DNA of 64,000 nucleotides from Candidatus Obscuribacteraceae bacterium. Its GTDB lineage: Bacteria > Cyanobacteriota > Vampirovibrionia > Obscuribacterales > Obscuribacteraceae. Under the pieces are notes generated by a model. The model had not been told where the DNA came from. It made no database searches and saw only the letters and a list, made by a program, of their open reading frames with translations. The stretch spans positions 768,001 through 832,000 of the forward strand of contig JBGASG010000001.1 in assembly GCA_044229845.1 (NCBI GenBank). Reading direction: 5' to 3'. The translations under genes and the position numbers were made by a program. Below are positions 1 through 8,977 of the stretch, piece after piece; position 1 is the first letter of the stretch, and every line of letters begins with the position of its first letter.

Positions 1-1724
1 CCAACTGCGGTTACGGCTGGGGCGACAAACCTGTGCCTCCGCCGGCCATTCCTGCGACTCTGCCGGCATCCGCCGATAAGCTGGCTCAAGCGGATCGTGC
101 CTATCAGATCGCCGCCGCTCATTTCTACGTTAAAGACTTCGATACTGCTCACAAGGAATTTCTGGCGATAGCAGCTGACAGCACTTCGCCATGGCAGGCC
201 GTGTCGCGATATCTGGCGGCGCGAGCCCTGGTGCGCAAGGGCATGCTCAGCAAGGAAGAAGGTTTTGATGCCGGACCTCTGGAGCAGGCGGCAACGGAAC
301 TGTCCGCCATGCTCAAAGATCCGTCGATGCAAAAATTGCAGGACGACATAACCAGTCTGCTGCGCTACTGCCAGGTTCGTGTCGACCCGGGGGCGGTGGT
401 CACTGCTTTGTCTGCCGATGTGCGCAAGCAGATTACCGAATCAGATTTGAACGAATATACGCGCACGCTGGATGTCTTGACGGGCAACAGCGATACGGGT
501 GGACTTACCGGTGACTATAACGCTCAGCCGGCGACTTTGAAAGCTGATGAGATGACCGACTGGATTGTCACTGTGCAATCCACCGGTCCGGAATCGGCTG
601 CGCATGCTTTCAGTGAATGGAAGTCAAAAAAGTCGTTGCCATGGCTGGTTGCCGCTATCGGGAAAGTCGATGCGAAGTCGTCCGCTGCCGATGCGGCTGA
701 GGTAGTGGCAGCGGCAACTGCACTGGACGCGAAGAGCCCCGGCTATTTCACGGCGCAATACTATCTTGTCGATTTGGAAACAAGTAAGCGAGACACCGAG
801 AGTGCACGCAAACGTTTGAACGTGTTATTGGACACGCCACAGCCTGAGTTGCCGCCATCCTCTCGCAATCTTTTCCGGTCGCAGCGCATGCAAATCGCGC
901 GCAACCTGAACGAGTTCATGCGGGACGCCTTTCCGAAGCCGGTTTGTCTTTGCGGAAGTGGATTTGTAGACGAGGTGCCCGAAGATGTTGAAAAGCTAGA
1001 GGCGTCAGGTAAATATCCGGATATCGGACCTCACATTCCTCTCGATACCGAGAAGGTAATCGACGGGCAGTTTCCGCTCAGCGTCTGGCTGCAAGCTGCT
1101 CAATCACCTTATACGGTGGCGCCCATCAAGAAACATTTCTTGTGGAGCGGACTGACCCGAGCCATCTTGTTGAAAAACGACGTGGCGGCGAAAAAGTTTG
1201 CCGAACTGGTCAAGCCCCTTGACGCCAAGAATGCTGTCATTCTGGGATCGTACATGGCAGAGACCGATCCAAAGACGCGCGAGTTTATCGGGGCGCTGAT
1301 TCTTTTGAGAAACAATCGATCTGTGCCGCAAATCAGCTATGGCGATTATGACGAAGGCGAACTCTGGTGGTGGGGCGACCAGCCCGGAAAATTGCCGGAA
1401 GATCAAAGCTACACCGATCTGAATCGTCCAAAACCAGTGGCCGGCTTTCTGACACCAGAGGAAGTGTCGCGCGCTGCCGCGGAAGTCAAAGCACTGAATG
1501 CGGTGCCGACTGCACCAAACTACCTCTCCAACATAGCCATTGCCTGGGCAAAGTCGCATCCTGCCGATCCGCGTGTCCCGGAAGCATTGCATCTAGCAGT
1601 GCGCTGCACGCATTACGGGCAGACTACCGACGCCACCAGCAAGCTGTCGAAAGAAGCTTTCCAGATTTTGCACACGCGATTTAAGGGCAATACGTGGACA
1701 AAACAAACGCCTTACTTCTACTAG
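1..1724 (+). CDS. Large alpha-helical (TPR-like) hypothetical protein, 5'-truncated by the window edge
   Basis: Frame is open from the window start. Helical-repeat composition with C-terminal block DPRVPEALHLAVRCTHYG...AFQILH...WTKQTPYFY. Confidence 0.75.
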   Translation, partial: NCGYGWGDKPVPPPAIPATLPASADKLAQADRAYQIAAAHFYVKDFDTAHKEFLAIAADSTSPWQAVSRYLAARALVRKGMLSKEEGFDAGPLEQAATELSAMLKDPSMQKLQDDITSLLRYCQVRVDPGAVVTALSADVRKQITESDLNEYTRTLDVLTGNSDTGGLTGDYNAQPATLKADEMTDWIVTVQSTGPESAAHAFSEWKSKKSLPWLVAAIGKVDAKSSAADAAEVVAAATALDAKSPGYFTAQYYLVDLETSKRDTESARKRLNVLLDTPQPELPPSSRNLFRSQRMQIARNLNEFMRDAFPKPVCLCGSGFVDEVPEDVEKLEASGKYPDIGPHIPLDTEKVIDGQFPLSVWLQAAQSPYTVAPIKKHFLWSGLTRAILLKNDVAAKKFAELVKPLDAKNAVILGSYMAETDPKTREFIGALILLRNNRSVPQISYGDYDEGELWWWGDQPGKLPEDQSYTDLNRPKPVAGFLTPEEVSRAAAEVKALNAVPTAPNYLSNIAIAWAKSHPADPRVPEALHLAVRCTHYGQTTDATSKLSKEAFQILHTRFKGNTWTKQTPYFY

Positions 1725-1739
1725 GCAGTGCTTTGCCGC

Positions 1740-2255
1740 TTACCTGAGCCAGTGCCTCTGCGCGGCAATTTTGTCGAACCAAAATCGCGGAATGCGGTGC
1801 ATCGGCGGAGCGGAATGGTCGGGGAGATCGGCGCCGGCACCATAAGCAGCGATGATGCTGTGAGTCTGATGCAGACAATTGTTGCCCAAAACTGCCCAGC
1901 CGCAGGTCCCGGTCTGCTTGGCCGCCGCCTGCGCCGATAGCGGCTCAGCTTCAGCTGTGTCAATTACTTTGAATGCTTCGTATTGCACGTGGTGCCCGTG
2001 CTGCATGTCGTGCAGCATTTCGCCGAGCGTTCCTTCTCGCGCCCACCAATCAGTCGGCGACTGCGGCGGCACACGCATGTACTTATAGAGTGAAACTAAG
2101 TCCCAGTACGGAGTGCGAAGCAGATGATCAGTAGATCCGAAAAAGTATCTGTCTGATTCATCCAGCATGAAGCCCCAACCTAAATGCCCGCAGTGCGCTG
2201 CTTGCCAGTAGTTGATGAATACGAAGGCTTTTCCGTTCACGATGCCGGGTCGCAA
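1740..2255 (-). CDS. Hypothetical protein, possible permuted papain-like (PPPDE/LRAT-type) thiol hydrolase
   Basis: N-terminal CGHLGWG (His) and C-terminal WAVLGNNCLHQT (NC motif), i.e. His before Cys. Start codon uncertain. Confidence 0.5.
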   Translation of the reverse strand: MRPGIVNGKAFVFINYWQAAHCGHLGWGFMLDESDRYFFGSTDHLLRTPYWDLVSLYKYMRVPPQSPTDWWAREGTLGEMLHDMQHGHHVQYEAFKVIDTAEAEPLSAQAAAKQTGTCGWAVLGNNCLHQTHSIIAAYGAGADLPDHSAPPMHRIPRFWFDKIAAQRHWLR

Positions 2256-2321
2256 GAGGTGTGCTGATTGGTGCGATCATGTCGATTATGCCACGAATAC
2301 CTGACTCAGCCATTTTTACTG

Positions 2322-2347
2322 GGAACCGACATGTCGTTACTGCGTCA
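2322..2347 (+). promoter_or_regulatory. Putative ECF sigma-factor promoter
   Basis: GGAAC (2322-2326)-N17-GTCA (2344), about 45 nt upstream of the ATG at 2393. Confidence 0.5.
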
Positions 2348-2392
2348 CGTTCTAGCGTGCGGCGACTATTAACGCTTTAAGGAAGTGTACTT

Positions 2393-3664
2393 ATGAAGAT
2401 AACTACGACGATGCGCATCGTCGCAGCGAGTGTCGCGCTCGTTGCCACGATCGCACCGCTTGCGAATGTTGAAGCCCGCGGTGGCGGCGGTGTGGGCGTG
2501 GGCTGCGCGCCCGGTGGCGGCGGCGGCGGTGGCGGTGGTAACGGCGGGGGCGGCGGCGGTGGTAACGGCGGCGGTGGTAACGGCGGGGGCGGCGGCGGTG
2601 GTAACGGCGGCGGCGGTGGTATGGGCGGCGGCGGTGGTATGGGCGGCGGCGGTGGTAACGGCGGTGGCAATGGTGGCGGCCACGACGGCGGCGGTCATGA
2701 TGGCGGCGGCAATGGCAATGGCGGCGGCGGCAATGGCAACGGCGGTGGCAATGGCGGCGGCGGACACCACGGCGGCTGGGGTGGCGGCGGCGGACATCAT
2801 GGCGGTGGGGACCCAGGTGGCAATCACCAACCACCACCCGGCATGCCTGGACCACCGGGACCTCCTGGACCGCCCGGACCTCCTGGACCTCCTGGACCTC
2901 CTGGCAGTGGCAATACGAGCACGAACATAAACACGAATACGAACGTAAATTCGAACAATTTGTCGAATGTCATCACCAATGTGAACAATGTGATGAACAC
3001 CAACAACGTATTGAACACTAACACGAACAACAACTCCAGTAGCTCGTCGGCTTCTGCCACCGCTAATTCAGGTGGTAGCTCAGCGAACGCTAGTTCAGGC
3101 TCTGGAAGCACCAGTGGCGTCAACGCTAACAATGGCGTGACTAACAGTGCTAACAATATCGTGAACGGTCCCAGTGTCGGAGGCAGCAACGGCTTCAATA
3201 ACGGCACCAACAACGGCAACAATTTTGGCGTCGGTGGTGCTGCGGCCGCAACGAACTCGTCTGGGACGAGCACGACACCACCCTTTGGCTTCAGCGTCAA
3301 TGGAATGGGTTGGGCTCAAGGTGGATACTGGGGTGGAGCATCCAACACGTCGACTCAAGCGGCCGTGGTTCCGCCATCGCGTACGGTGGCAGATGGTCCA
3401 ATGGAGATCGTGCGACTGTCTGGTCCGCTTACGCCGACGGTCATGGGTGTCCGAGAAGTGATCACCAATGGTCATGTCTCGCGGGTGTCCGGTGTTCTGG
3501 TGCAAGAGTACCTGCCCACCAGACAGGTGGCTGCGGCACAGACCAACTCGTTCGCTCGGGTCTATGCACATCAGCGGGTGCCGCATAGAACCAGAACGTT
3601 TGCTCGCGTGGTGCCCAAGCAGACGAAATCGTTTGCCCGGGTAGTGCCTAGCTGGCTGAAGTAA
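2393..3664 (+). CDS. Secreted low-complexity protein: Gly-rich, collagen-like GPP, Asn/Thr-rich segments and C-terminal FARV repeats
   Basis: AAGGAAG RBS; signal peptide ending VEA; GGGGN repeats; GMP(GPP)x5; TNINTNTNVN; three [ST]FARV[VY] motifs. Confidence 0.8.
   Translation: MKITTTMRIVAASVALVATIAPLANVEARGGGGVGVGCAPGGGGGGGGGNGGGGGGGNGGGGNGGGGGGGNGGGGGMGGGGGMGGGGGNGGGNGGGHDGGGHDGGGNGNGGGGNGNGGGNGGGGHHGGWGGGGGHHGGGDPGGNHQPPPGMPGPPGPPGPPGPPGPPGPPGSGNTSTNINTNTNVNSNNLSNVITNVNNVMNTNNVLNTNTNNNSSSSSASATANSGGSSANASSGSGSTSGVNANNGVTNSANNIVNGPSVGGSNGFNNGTNNGNNFGVGGAAAATNSSGTSTTPPFGFSVNGMGWAQGGYWGGASNTSTQAAVVPPSRTVADGPMEIVRLSGPLTPTVMGVREVITNGHVSRVSGVLVQEYLPTRQVAAAQTNSFARVYAHQRVPHRTRTFARVVPKQTKSFARVVPSWLK
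2480..2905 (+). repeat. Coding tandem repeats (GGC/GGT glycine runs, GGACCTCCT collagen triplets)
   Basis: Repeated ggtaacggcggNggcggcggc units, then ggacctcct/ggaccaccg units. Confidence 0.85.
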
Positions 3665-3722
3665 GGTCCCGGAAGTGGTGGATTGCTATCGCATTCCACC
3701 ACTTCCTACTGGAGTCAAATTG

Positions 3723-4208
3723 ATGAAAACTCTATACATGGCCTTGCTGACTGTAGCTATGGCAGCAGGCACTACCATCGATGCATCTGCGACACCGGCC
3801 AAGGGTGCACGTACCGTGGTACGCACTCACTCCATGGTTCTCACACCCGTGACTGTGCCGACAGGTGTGATCCCGGGAACGTTGGGTGGGACGCTCTTTG
3901 GCTATCCGCACCAGACCACAATCAGCGGTGCTCTTGAACGACAAATAGACAATGGACAGGTGGATAAGTTGCGCCTCTACCAGGGACGGTTGTTCTACGG
4001 AAATTCCGAATTGAACGGCAGTCTGCCTTTGCTGGATCAAATCAGCTGGATGCGCTGGCAAGACATGGACTATAAACCGCAAGTAGTTGGTCCAATGTCG
4101 GTCATGAGCACCAGACAGGGCACGAAAATTAGAACACTGACTCGGCAGACCAAGTTCTCCGGCGGTGTGCCTGTTAAAGTCATCGGGGCTAGCGTTTCCG
4201 AATACTGA
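3723..4208 (+). CDS. Secreted hypothetical protein
   Basis: GGAG RBS, ATG at 3723, signal peptide MKTLYMALLTVAMAAG...ASA; co-oriented with the upstream fibre-like gene. Confidence 0.7.
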   Translation: MKTLYMALLTVAMAAGTTIDASATPAKGARTVVRTHSMVLTPVTVPTGVIPGTLGGTLFGYPHQTTISGALERQIDNGQVDKLRLYQGRLFYGNSELNGSLPLLDQISWMRWQDMDYKPQVVGPMSVMSTRQGTKIRTLTRQTKFSGGVPVKVIGASVSEY

Positions 4209-4332
4209 AGGGCAAGTGGTGCGCAGATGACACCATCAGTAGTGTCATCCGCGTCCATCTGCACGACGATCAGAGCTTAGCCAACTAATTTCCATCTTTG
4301 CTAGGATAGAATTAGTCAGATAAGGTGCCTCT

Positions 4333-4962
4333 GTGCCCGAAAAAACGCGCGAGTTGCCGCTCTTTCCATTGCCGGAAGTCATTCTCTTTCCGGATGCGCC
4401 CCTGAGGCTGCATATCTTTGAGATGAAATACCGGCAAATGCTTTCCACCATACTGGAGGGCGACCATTGCTTTGGGGTCCTCCTCTGGAATCCCGTTTTG
4501 CGCCGCCCCGCCAGTGTTGGCTGCCGGGCGGAAGTGGTCCAGGTGGAGAAACTGCCGGACGGACGCTCCAACATACTTACTATAGGTCGCCGTCGCTTCC
4601 GCGTGCTGGAAACCTCCCATGACCGCCCTTATCTGGTAGGGCGCGTCGAAGAATTCGAGGACAAAAAGGCGAAGCATTCTTTGACCGGGCTATCGGCGGA
4701 AGTGGACAACATGTTGAGAGACGTTGTTCGCCTGTCTGCAAAGTTGCGCGACAAGTGCATGGACTACCCTGATGATGTTCCTACCGACCCGCTGGAGCTT
4801 TCGTTCTGGGTAGCAGGCAGCTTGCTCGGCTTGCCCGTAGAGCAGCAAGCACTGCTGGAGATGGACGAAACTGCCGCTCGCCTGCGCCGCGAGGCGGAAC
4901 TGCTGGACAATATACGCAAAGAACTGGCTGCGCGCACCGTCCTTAAGGATGCTCTGCGCTGA
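4333..4962 (+). CDS. LON peptidase substrate-binding (N-terminal) domain protein
   Basis: ELPLFPLPEVILFP...LHIFE..YR.M, LPDGR..I...G..RFRV, P.ELSFWVA; no AAA or protease domain. Confidence 0.9.
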   Translation: MPEKTRELPLFPLPEVILFPDAPLRLHIFEMKYRQMLSTILEGDHCFGVLLWNPVLRRPASVGCRAEVVQVEKLPDGRSNILTIGRRRFRVLETSHDRPYLVGRVEEFEDKKAKHSLTGLSAEVDNMLRDVVRLSAKLRDKCMDYPDDVPTDPLELSFWVAGSLLGLPVEQQALLEMDETAARLRREAELLDNIRKELAARTVLKDALR

Positions 4963-5082
4963 ACTCTGAGTATGGTAATCTGCCCACGGCAATCACCGTA
5001 TGATTCCCTCAATCTGGTGATCCTACGCATTCCCTAAGTTCGAACCCCTGGGATACCATCAACCCGAGTTTTGGAGCTAGTA

Positions 5083-5304
5083 ATGTCGATAGTGAGGGCG
5101 GACATGTCGATAAACGAGTTGTTGAGAGTCGCCGCCGATCATCACCACAAACGCATCACATTGAGCGATGAGGAGAGATCGGAGGTAATTGCCGCGTTGA
5201 AAAGGCGCGGTCAAGACGAACTGGAATATGGAGAAGAAGTGACGGTCGATGCGGTGCGCCTGGTTAAGCGCGTCACCGGCGCTGTCGGCGTCTACTTCAG
5301 CTGA
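5083..5304 (+). CDS. Small hypothetical protein
   Basis: GGAG RBS then ATG at 5083; 73 aa with natural composition. Confidence 0.55.
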   Translation: MSIVRADMSINELLRVAADHHHKRITLSDEERSEVIAALKRRGQDELEYGEEVTVDAVRLVKRVTGAVGVYFS

Positions 5305-5398
5305 CGCCCAGTTTTAATCTCCAGACTTAGCAAAGATATCCTCGCCCTTGTGGCGCACCGGTATATGATTCCTTGACCATTCGGCGAGGGAATCGGAT

Positions 5399-6295
5399 AT
5401 GGATAAACGCACACTTGGCAAGACGGGCATGCATGTGAGCCCACTTGGCTTTGGTGGTGCAGAAATTGGGTTTGAAGGCGCCGCGCAAGACATCGTCACC
5501 AAGTTGCTCAATACGGCGCTCGATGCTGGACTGAATATCATCGATACCGCCGAGTGCTACATCAACAGCGAAGAGATGATCGGTAATTCGATCGCCGGTC
5601 GGCGCACCGACTTCTATCTGTTTACCAAATGTGGACACCCGAACGGGTATGAAACGCCCGACTGGTCCAAGGAAGGCATCGCCAAACAAATCGATACCAG
5701 TCTCAAGCGATTGAAGACTGACTATCTGGACCTCGTCCAATTGCATAGTTGCGACGAGAGTGAATTGCGCAAAGGCGATGTCATCGAAGCTTTGCAGACG
5801 GCTCGGCAGGCTGGCAAAACACGTTTTATCGGGTATTCCGGCGACAGTCTGGCGGCCAAATATGCCATTGAATGTGGTGCGTTCGACACACTGCAAACTT
5901 CCGTCAGCATCGCCGATCAGGAAGCGCTCGACCTGACGATTCCGTTGGCCAAAAAGGCCGACATGGGAGTGATCGCCAAACGTCCGGTCGCCAATGCTGC
6001 CTGGCGTTACAAATCGAAGCCGGACAATGACTATCATTTGCCCTACTGGGAGCGCCTGAATGACTTGCAGTACGACTTCATCAACGGAGACGTAAGCGGA
6101 CCGATTGATATCGCACTGCGTTTCACTCTCATGATCCCGGGTGTTCACACTGCGATCGTTGGAACCACGAAACCTGAGCGCTGGAATGAAAACGCCAAAC
6201 TTGTCGAGCGCGGGCCGCTGTCCTCTGAGGAGTTTGACCGCATCCGTGCCCGGTGGAAGAATGTCGCCAAGCCGAATTGGGTCGGACAGACCTAA
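5399..6295 (+). CDS. Aldo/keto reductase
   Basis: KRTLGKTG..VS.LGFG, DTAECY, TKCG, SLKRLKTDYLDLVQLH, GK.RFIG.S. Confidence 0.95.
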   Translation: MDKRTLGKTGMHVSPLGFGGAEIGFEGAAQDIVTKLLNTALDAGLNIIDTAECYINSEEMIGNSIAGRRTDFYLFTKCGHPNGYETPDWSKEGIAKQIDTSLKRLKTDYLDLVQLHSCDESELRKGDVIEALQTARQAGKTRFIGYSGDSLAAKYAIECGAFDTLQTSVSIADQEALDLTIPLAKKADMGVIAKRPVANAAWRYKSKPDNDYHLPYWERLNDLQYDFINGDVSGPIDIALRFTLMIPGVHTAIVGTTKPERWNENAKLVERGPLSSEEFDRIRARWKNVAKPNWVGQT

Positions 6296-6418
6296 TAAGT
6301 CGACCGGCAGTACACCCATCCGATGTTCATTCGATATAAAGCAGCACCGCGGGCGATGTCGAATCGCTTCGTTGCCCTGCTTGACGTGTGAGCTACAATA
6401 GCCAGCGGGAGGGCTGGC

Positions 6419-7015
6419 ATGGAAAAGGCAATCGCGGAAGACCTCATTCGCCGGCTGATGGCACAGCACGGCGTAGCCGATTGGTTTTTCAAATGGAATC
6501 GGAACAAGCACTTCCTTGGATTGTGCAAGTACGATTCGCGACGCATCGAACTCTCGGAAGTCTATGTCGCCAACAATCCAATGGAGCACGTGCGCGACAC
6601 TGTTCTCCATGAGATCGCGCACGCTCTAGCCGGACCGGATGCGAAGCATGGACCTCTGTGGAAAGCCACTGCCATTCGTCTTGGTGCCAATCCAAAATCC
6701 TGCGCGGCCGATGCCATCATGCCGAAGGGGCGCTGGCAAGCTCAATGCAAACATTGCGGCCGCGAGTTCAGCAAATATCGCAAGCCTAAAAGAGTGCGCA
6801 GCCACTACTGTCGTCGTTGCGGACCCGATCATGGACGGCTCTGGTTTCGCGACAGCCTGCTAATTGATGTGACGCCACCGGCTGCGGTGCCTGGGCGCTC
6901 CAAGTCGGCGCAATCCGCGCCCAGCCAGCACCCCCCGATTGTTCAACCGGCTCCGACACCACAAAAGTCCGTCACCATCACAGTCGCGCAATTGCTCATT
7001 GAATTTCCAGCCTGA
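6419..7015 (+). CDS. SprT-like zinc metalloprotease
   Basis: DTVLHEIAHAL, HGP.WK, followed by CxxC...CxxC zinc ribbon; GGGAGG RBS. Confidence 0.9.
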   Translation: MEKAIAEDLIRRLMAQHGVADWFFKWNRNKHFLGLCKYDSRRIELSEVYVANNPMEHVRDTVLHEIAHALAGPDAKHGPLWKATAIRLGANPKSCAADAIMPKGRWQAQCKHCGREFSKYRKPKRVRSHYCRRCGPDHGRLWFRDSLLIDVTPPAAVPGRSKSAQSAPSQHPPIVQPAPTPQKSVTITVAQLLIEFPA

Positions 7016-7021
7016 ATCTGT

Positions 7022-7055
7022 CTGTCACAAAACTGTCACGCGTCTCGGTTACATT
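7022..7055 (+). promoter_or_regulatory. Pho-box-like PhoB/OmpR tandem site with -10 element
   Basis: CTGTCAC-AAAA-CTGTCAC at 7022-7039, then TACATT 10 nt downstream at 7050-7055. Confidence 0.6.
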
Positions 7056-7114
7056 TCTCTTCCACCTTGCTCCAAGATGCGGTTAACCTCTTTCCCCAGG
7101 AGGGCGTTCTTACT

Positions 7115-7927
7115 ATGGCTGAAGTGCTCACAGATGAACCTGTAGCGGCAAAGGGCGGTAATCATGCATCCGCAACCGCTGGTGCCGAGGTTGATGAAGC
7201 CGGCACTGAGACCATCGAAGACAACGAGCCGGATTGGTCTTCATCAGTGCCATTCGGGGTTCTGTCCGACAAGACCGGACACATGCCGAATAACTCTACG
7301 ACCAACGCGATTGAGGCAATGGTCAATGGGCAAATCGCCGCGGGCGAAGTTGGCGATCAATACGATCAGTACAAGCCTGCTTTTGAAAAGAAAGCCGATG
7401 CGAGTCTGCACAAGCAAATGGATGCTGCCGGTTTTTCGGCGGAAGACAAACAGAAAGCTGAAGCGCTGCAAGACGCGGTCATCAAAGGCGACAAGAAGGC
7501 TCTGGAACAGGCGGTCGCCAGCATGTCTCCTGAGCAACTGAAATCGTTAGCCGGCGAGGTCCAGAAAAACCTCAACGCGCTGCATGCAGACGTGACGCTC
7601 AAAACCATCGGCGACGGCAGCAGTCTGTTTCTTCAGAAGAATGGAGCAGCCAATGGACTGGTGGTCGGTAAGGACGGTGCCAAGCCGGTCGCCGTCAAAT
7701 ACGTGGACGGACAGCCTTACATCGACAATTCGCTGACACCAATCAAAGATGCGCAGGATGTAGCGAAATCTATCTCCAACTCGGCTACGTTCAACGCGGA
7801 AGTGTTGGCCAAATTCAAATATCCGGTAGAGGCACCGCTGGCTCCAGAGCCCGCTCCCAACATTGCTCCCGTCGAATCAAACGAAGGACTCAAGGATAAG
7901 GACCCAGCACCAATCAGGTGGCGATAG
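7115..7927 (+). CDS. Hypothetical protein with acidic N-terminus
   Basis: AGGAGG RBS, ATG at 7115, 270 aa, no signal peptide or recognisable motif. Confidence 0.75.
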   Translation: MAEVLTDEPVAAKGGNHASATAGAEVDEAGTETIEDNEPDWSSSVPFGVLSDKTGHMPNNSTTNAIEAMVNGQIAAGEVGDQYDQYKPAFEKKADASLHKQMDAAGFSAEDKQKAEALQDAVIKGDKKALEQAVASMSPEQLKSLAGEVQKNLNALHADVTLKTIGDGSSLFLQKNGAANGLVVGKDGAKPVAVKYVDGQPYIDNSLTPIKDAQDVAKSISNSATFNAEVLAKFKYPVEAPLAPEPAPNIAPVESNEGLKDKDPAPIRWR

Positions 7928-8108
7928 CGACGGACTGCTTCAGGCACCGAATGTGGTGCTGCCCAAGCACTACGCGGCTCCCCGGGAGCGTCCCCCCGGA
8001 AAGCCGGCGTATGTGATTGGTTCGAGGTAGCGGTGTTGTTTTGCAGGTTTGACCTCTTGCGAGGTCAGCCTTGCGGGTTGCTAGGGTATTTCTACTCTAG
8101 AAGACACA

Positions 8109-8150
8109 TGTGACCAAAGTGGGGACGAAGTGTGGAAGAAGTGTGGAGCC
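8109..8150 (+). repeat. Four direct repeats at 11-bp period (TGTGGA-type), putative operator array
   Basis: TGTGACCAAAG TGGGGACGAAG TGTGGAAGAAG TGTGGAGCC at 8109, 8120, 8131 and 8142. Confidence 0.65.
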
Positions 8151-8221
8151 CCAAATGATTTTGATTTGTCGCCGACAGGGTATATCCCAGTTGATGCCAT
8201 TTGAAATCAGGTTCCCGCTTA

Positions 8222-8947
8222 ATGTCAGTCGAATTCCTACAGGCAATAGGAAAGGTCGTCAACGCCAGGCGCCAGAGCCGACGCATGTCTCTGGAAGAAC
8301 TGGGCACCCGGGCGGGACTGCATCGCGCCTACATCAGTGAAATCGAGCGTGGTGCGCGCAATCCATCTTTGACCGTCCTGAAAAAGCTGGCGGATGCCCT
8401 TGAAACAACCGTCACCGCCATCACTGCCAACGCCGAGAACCTGACCGTGGCGACTGTGATTGAGTCGACCGTCGGCACCGATTTTTCGCCGACAGAAGAT
8501 CAGCAGCAGACCCTGGAGCGCATGGTTGTTCAGCTGCGGGAGCGGGTGCAGGAACAGGACAAGATTATCGACTCCGTGCCGGCGATGATCTGGCTCAAAG
8601 ACGCCAATAACGTCATTCTTCGGGCCAATCAACCAGCGGCGAACAATCTCGGGTTAAAGAAAACCGAGATCGAGGGGCGCTCAACCTATGAGCTGTATCC
8701 AGCCCTGGCAGACAAGTATCACAAAGATGACCTGGAAGTGGTGCATACGAAAAGACCAAAGCTGGGAATTGTTGAACTGTTCACCCCTGGAACCAATGAG
8801 AAACGCTGGGTGCGCACGGACAAATATCCAATCTTCAGCGATAAAGGCGAGGTCCAGGTGTTGGTCGTCACCCTGGATATTACCGATTTGCTGCTTACGC
8901 ATGAGGCGCTGAAGGAGACTCTCAGCCAGACGCCTCGCACGTTTTAG
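8222..8947 (+). CDS. XRE-family HTH regulator with C-terminal PAS domain
   Basis: SLEELG.RAGLHRAYISEIERGARNPSL..L.KLADAL, then coiled coil, then PAS (IIDSVPAMIWLKD...RWVRTDK.P...DITD). Confidence 0.9.
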   Translation: MSVEFLQAIGKVVNARRQSRRMSLEELGTRAGLHRAYISEIERGARNPSLTVLKKLADALETTVTAITANAENLTVATVIESTVGTDFSPTEDQQQTLERMVVQLRERVQEQDKIIDSVPAMIWLKDANNVILRANQPAANNLGLKKTEIEGRSTYELYPALADKYHKDDLEVVHTKRPKLGIVELFTPGTNEKRWVRTDKYPIFSDKGEVQVLVVTLDITDLLLTHEALKETLSQTPRTF

Positions 8948-8977
8948 TTTCTTCGCAAATTCGTCGTCTTTGCGGGA

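Noticed and set aside
2369..2930. Overlapping poly-Pro, poly-Ala and Arg/His-rich ORFs
   Set aside because: These are shadow frames of the Gly-repeat gene, which alone has an RBS and signal peptide.
5033..5068. tRNA 3'-end or att-like sequence GTTCGAACCCCTGGGATACCA
   Set aside because: The T-stem arms do not pair, spacing to CCA is too short, no cloverleaf forms upstream, and no integrase is nearby.
6401..6418. Hairpin GCCAGC-GGGAGG-GCTGGC enclosing the RBS of the SprT-like gene
   Set aside because: The likely -10 (TACAAT, 6394-6399) puts the TSS inside the 5' arm, so the stem probably does not form in the mRNA.
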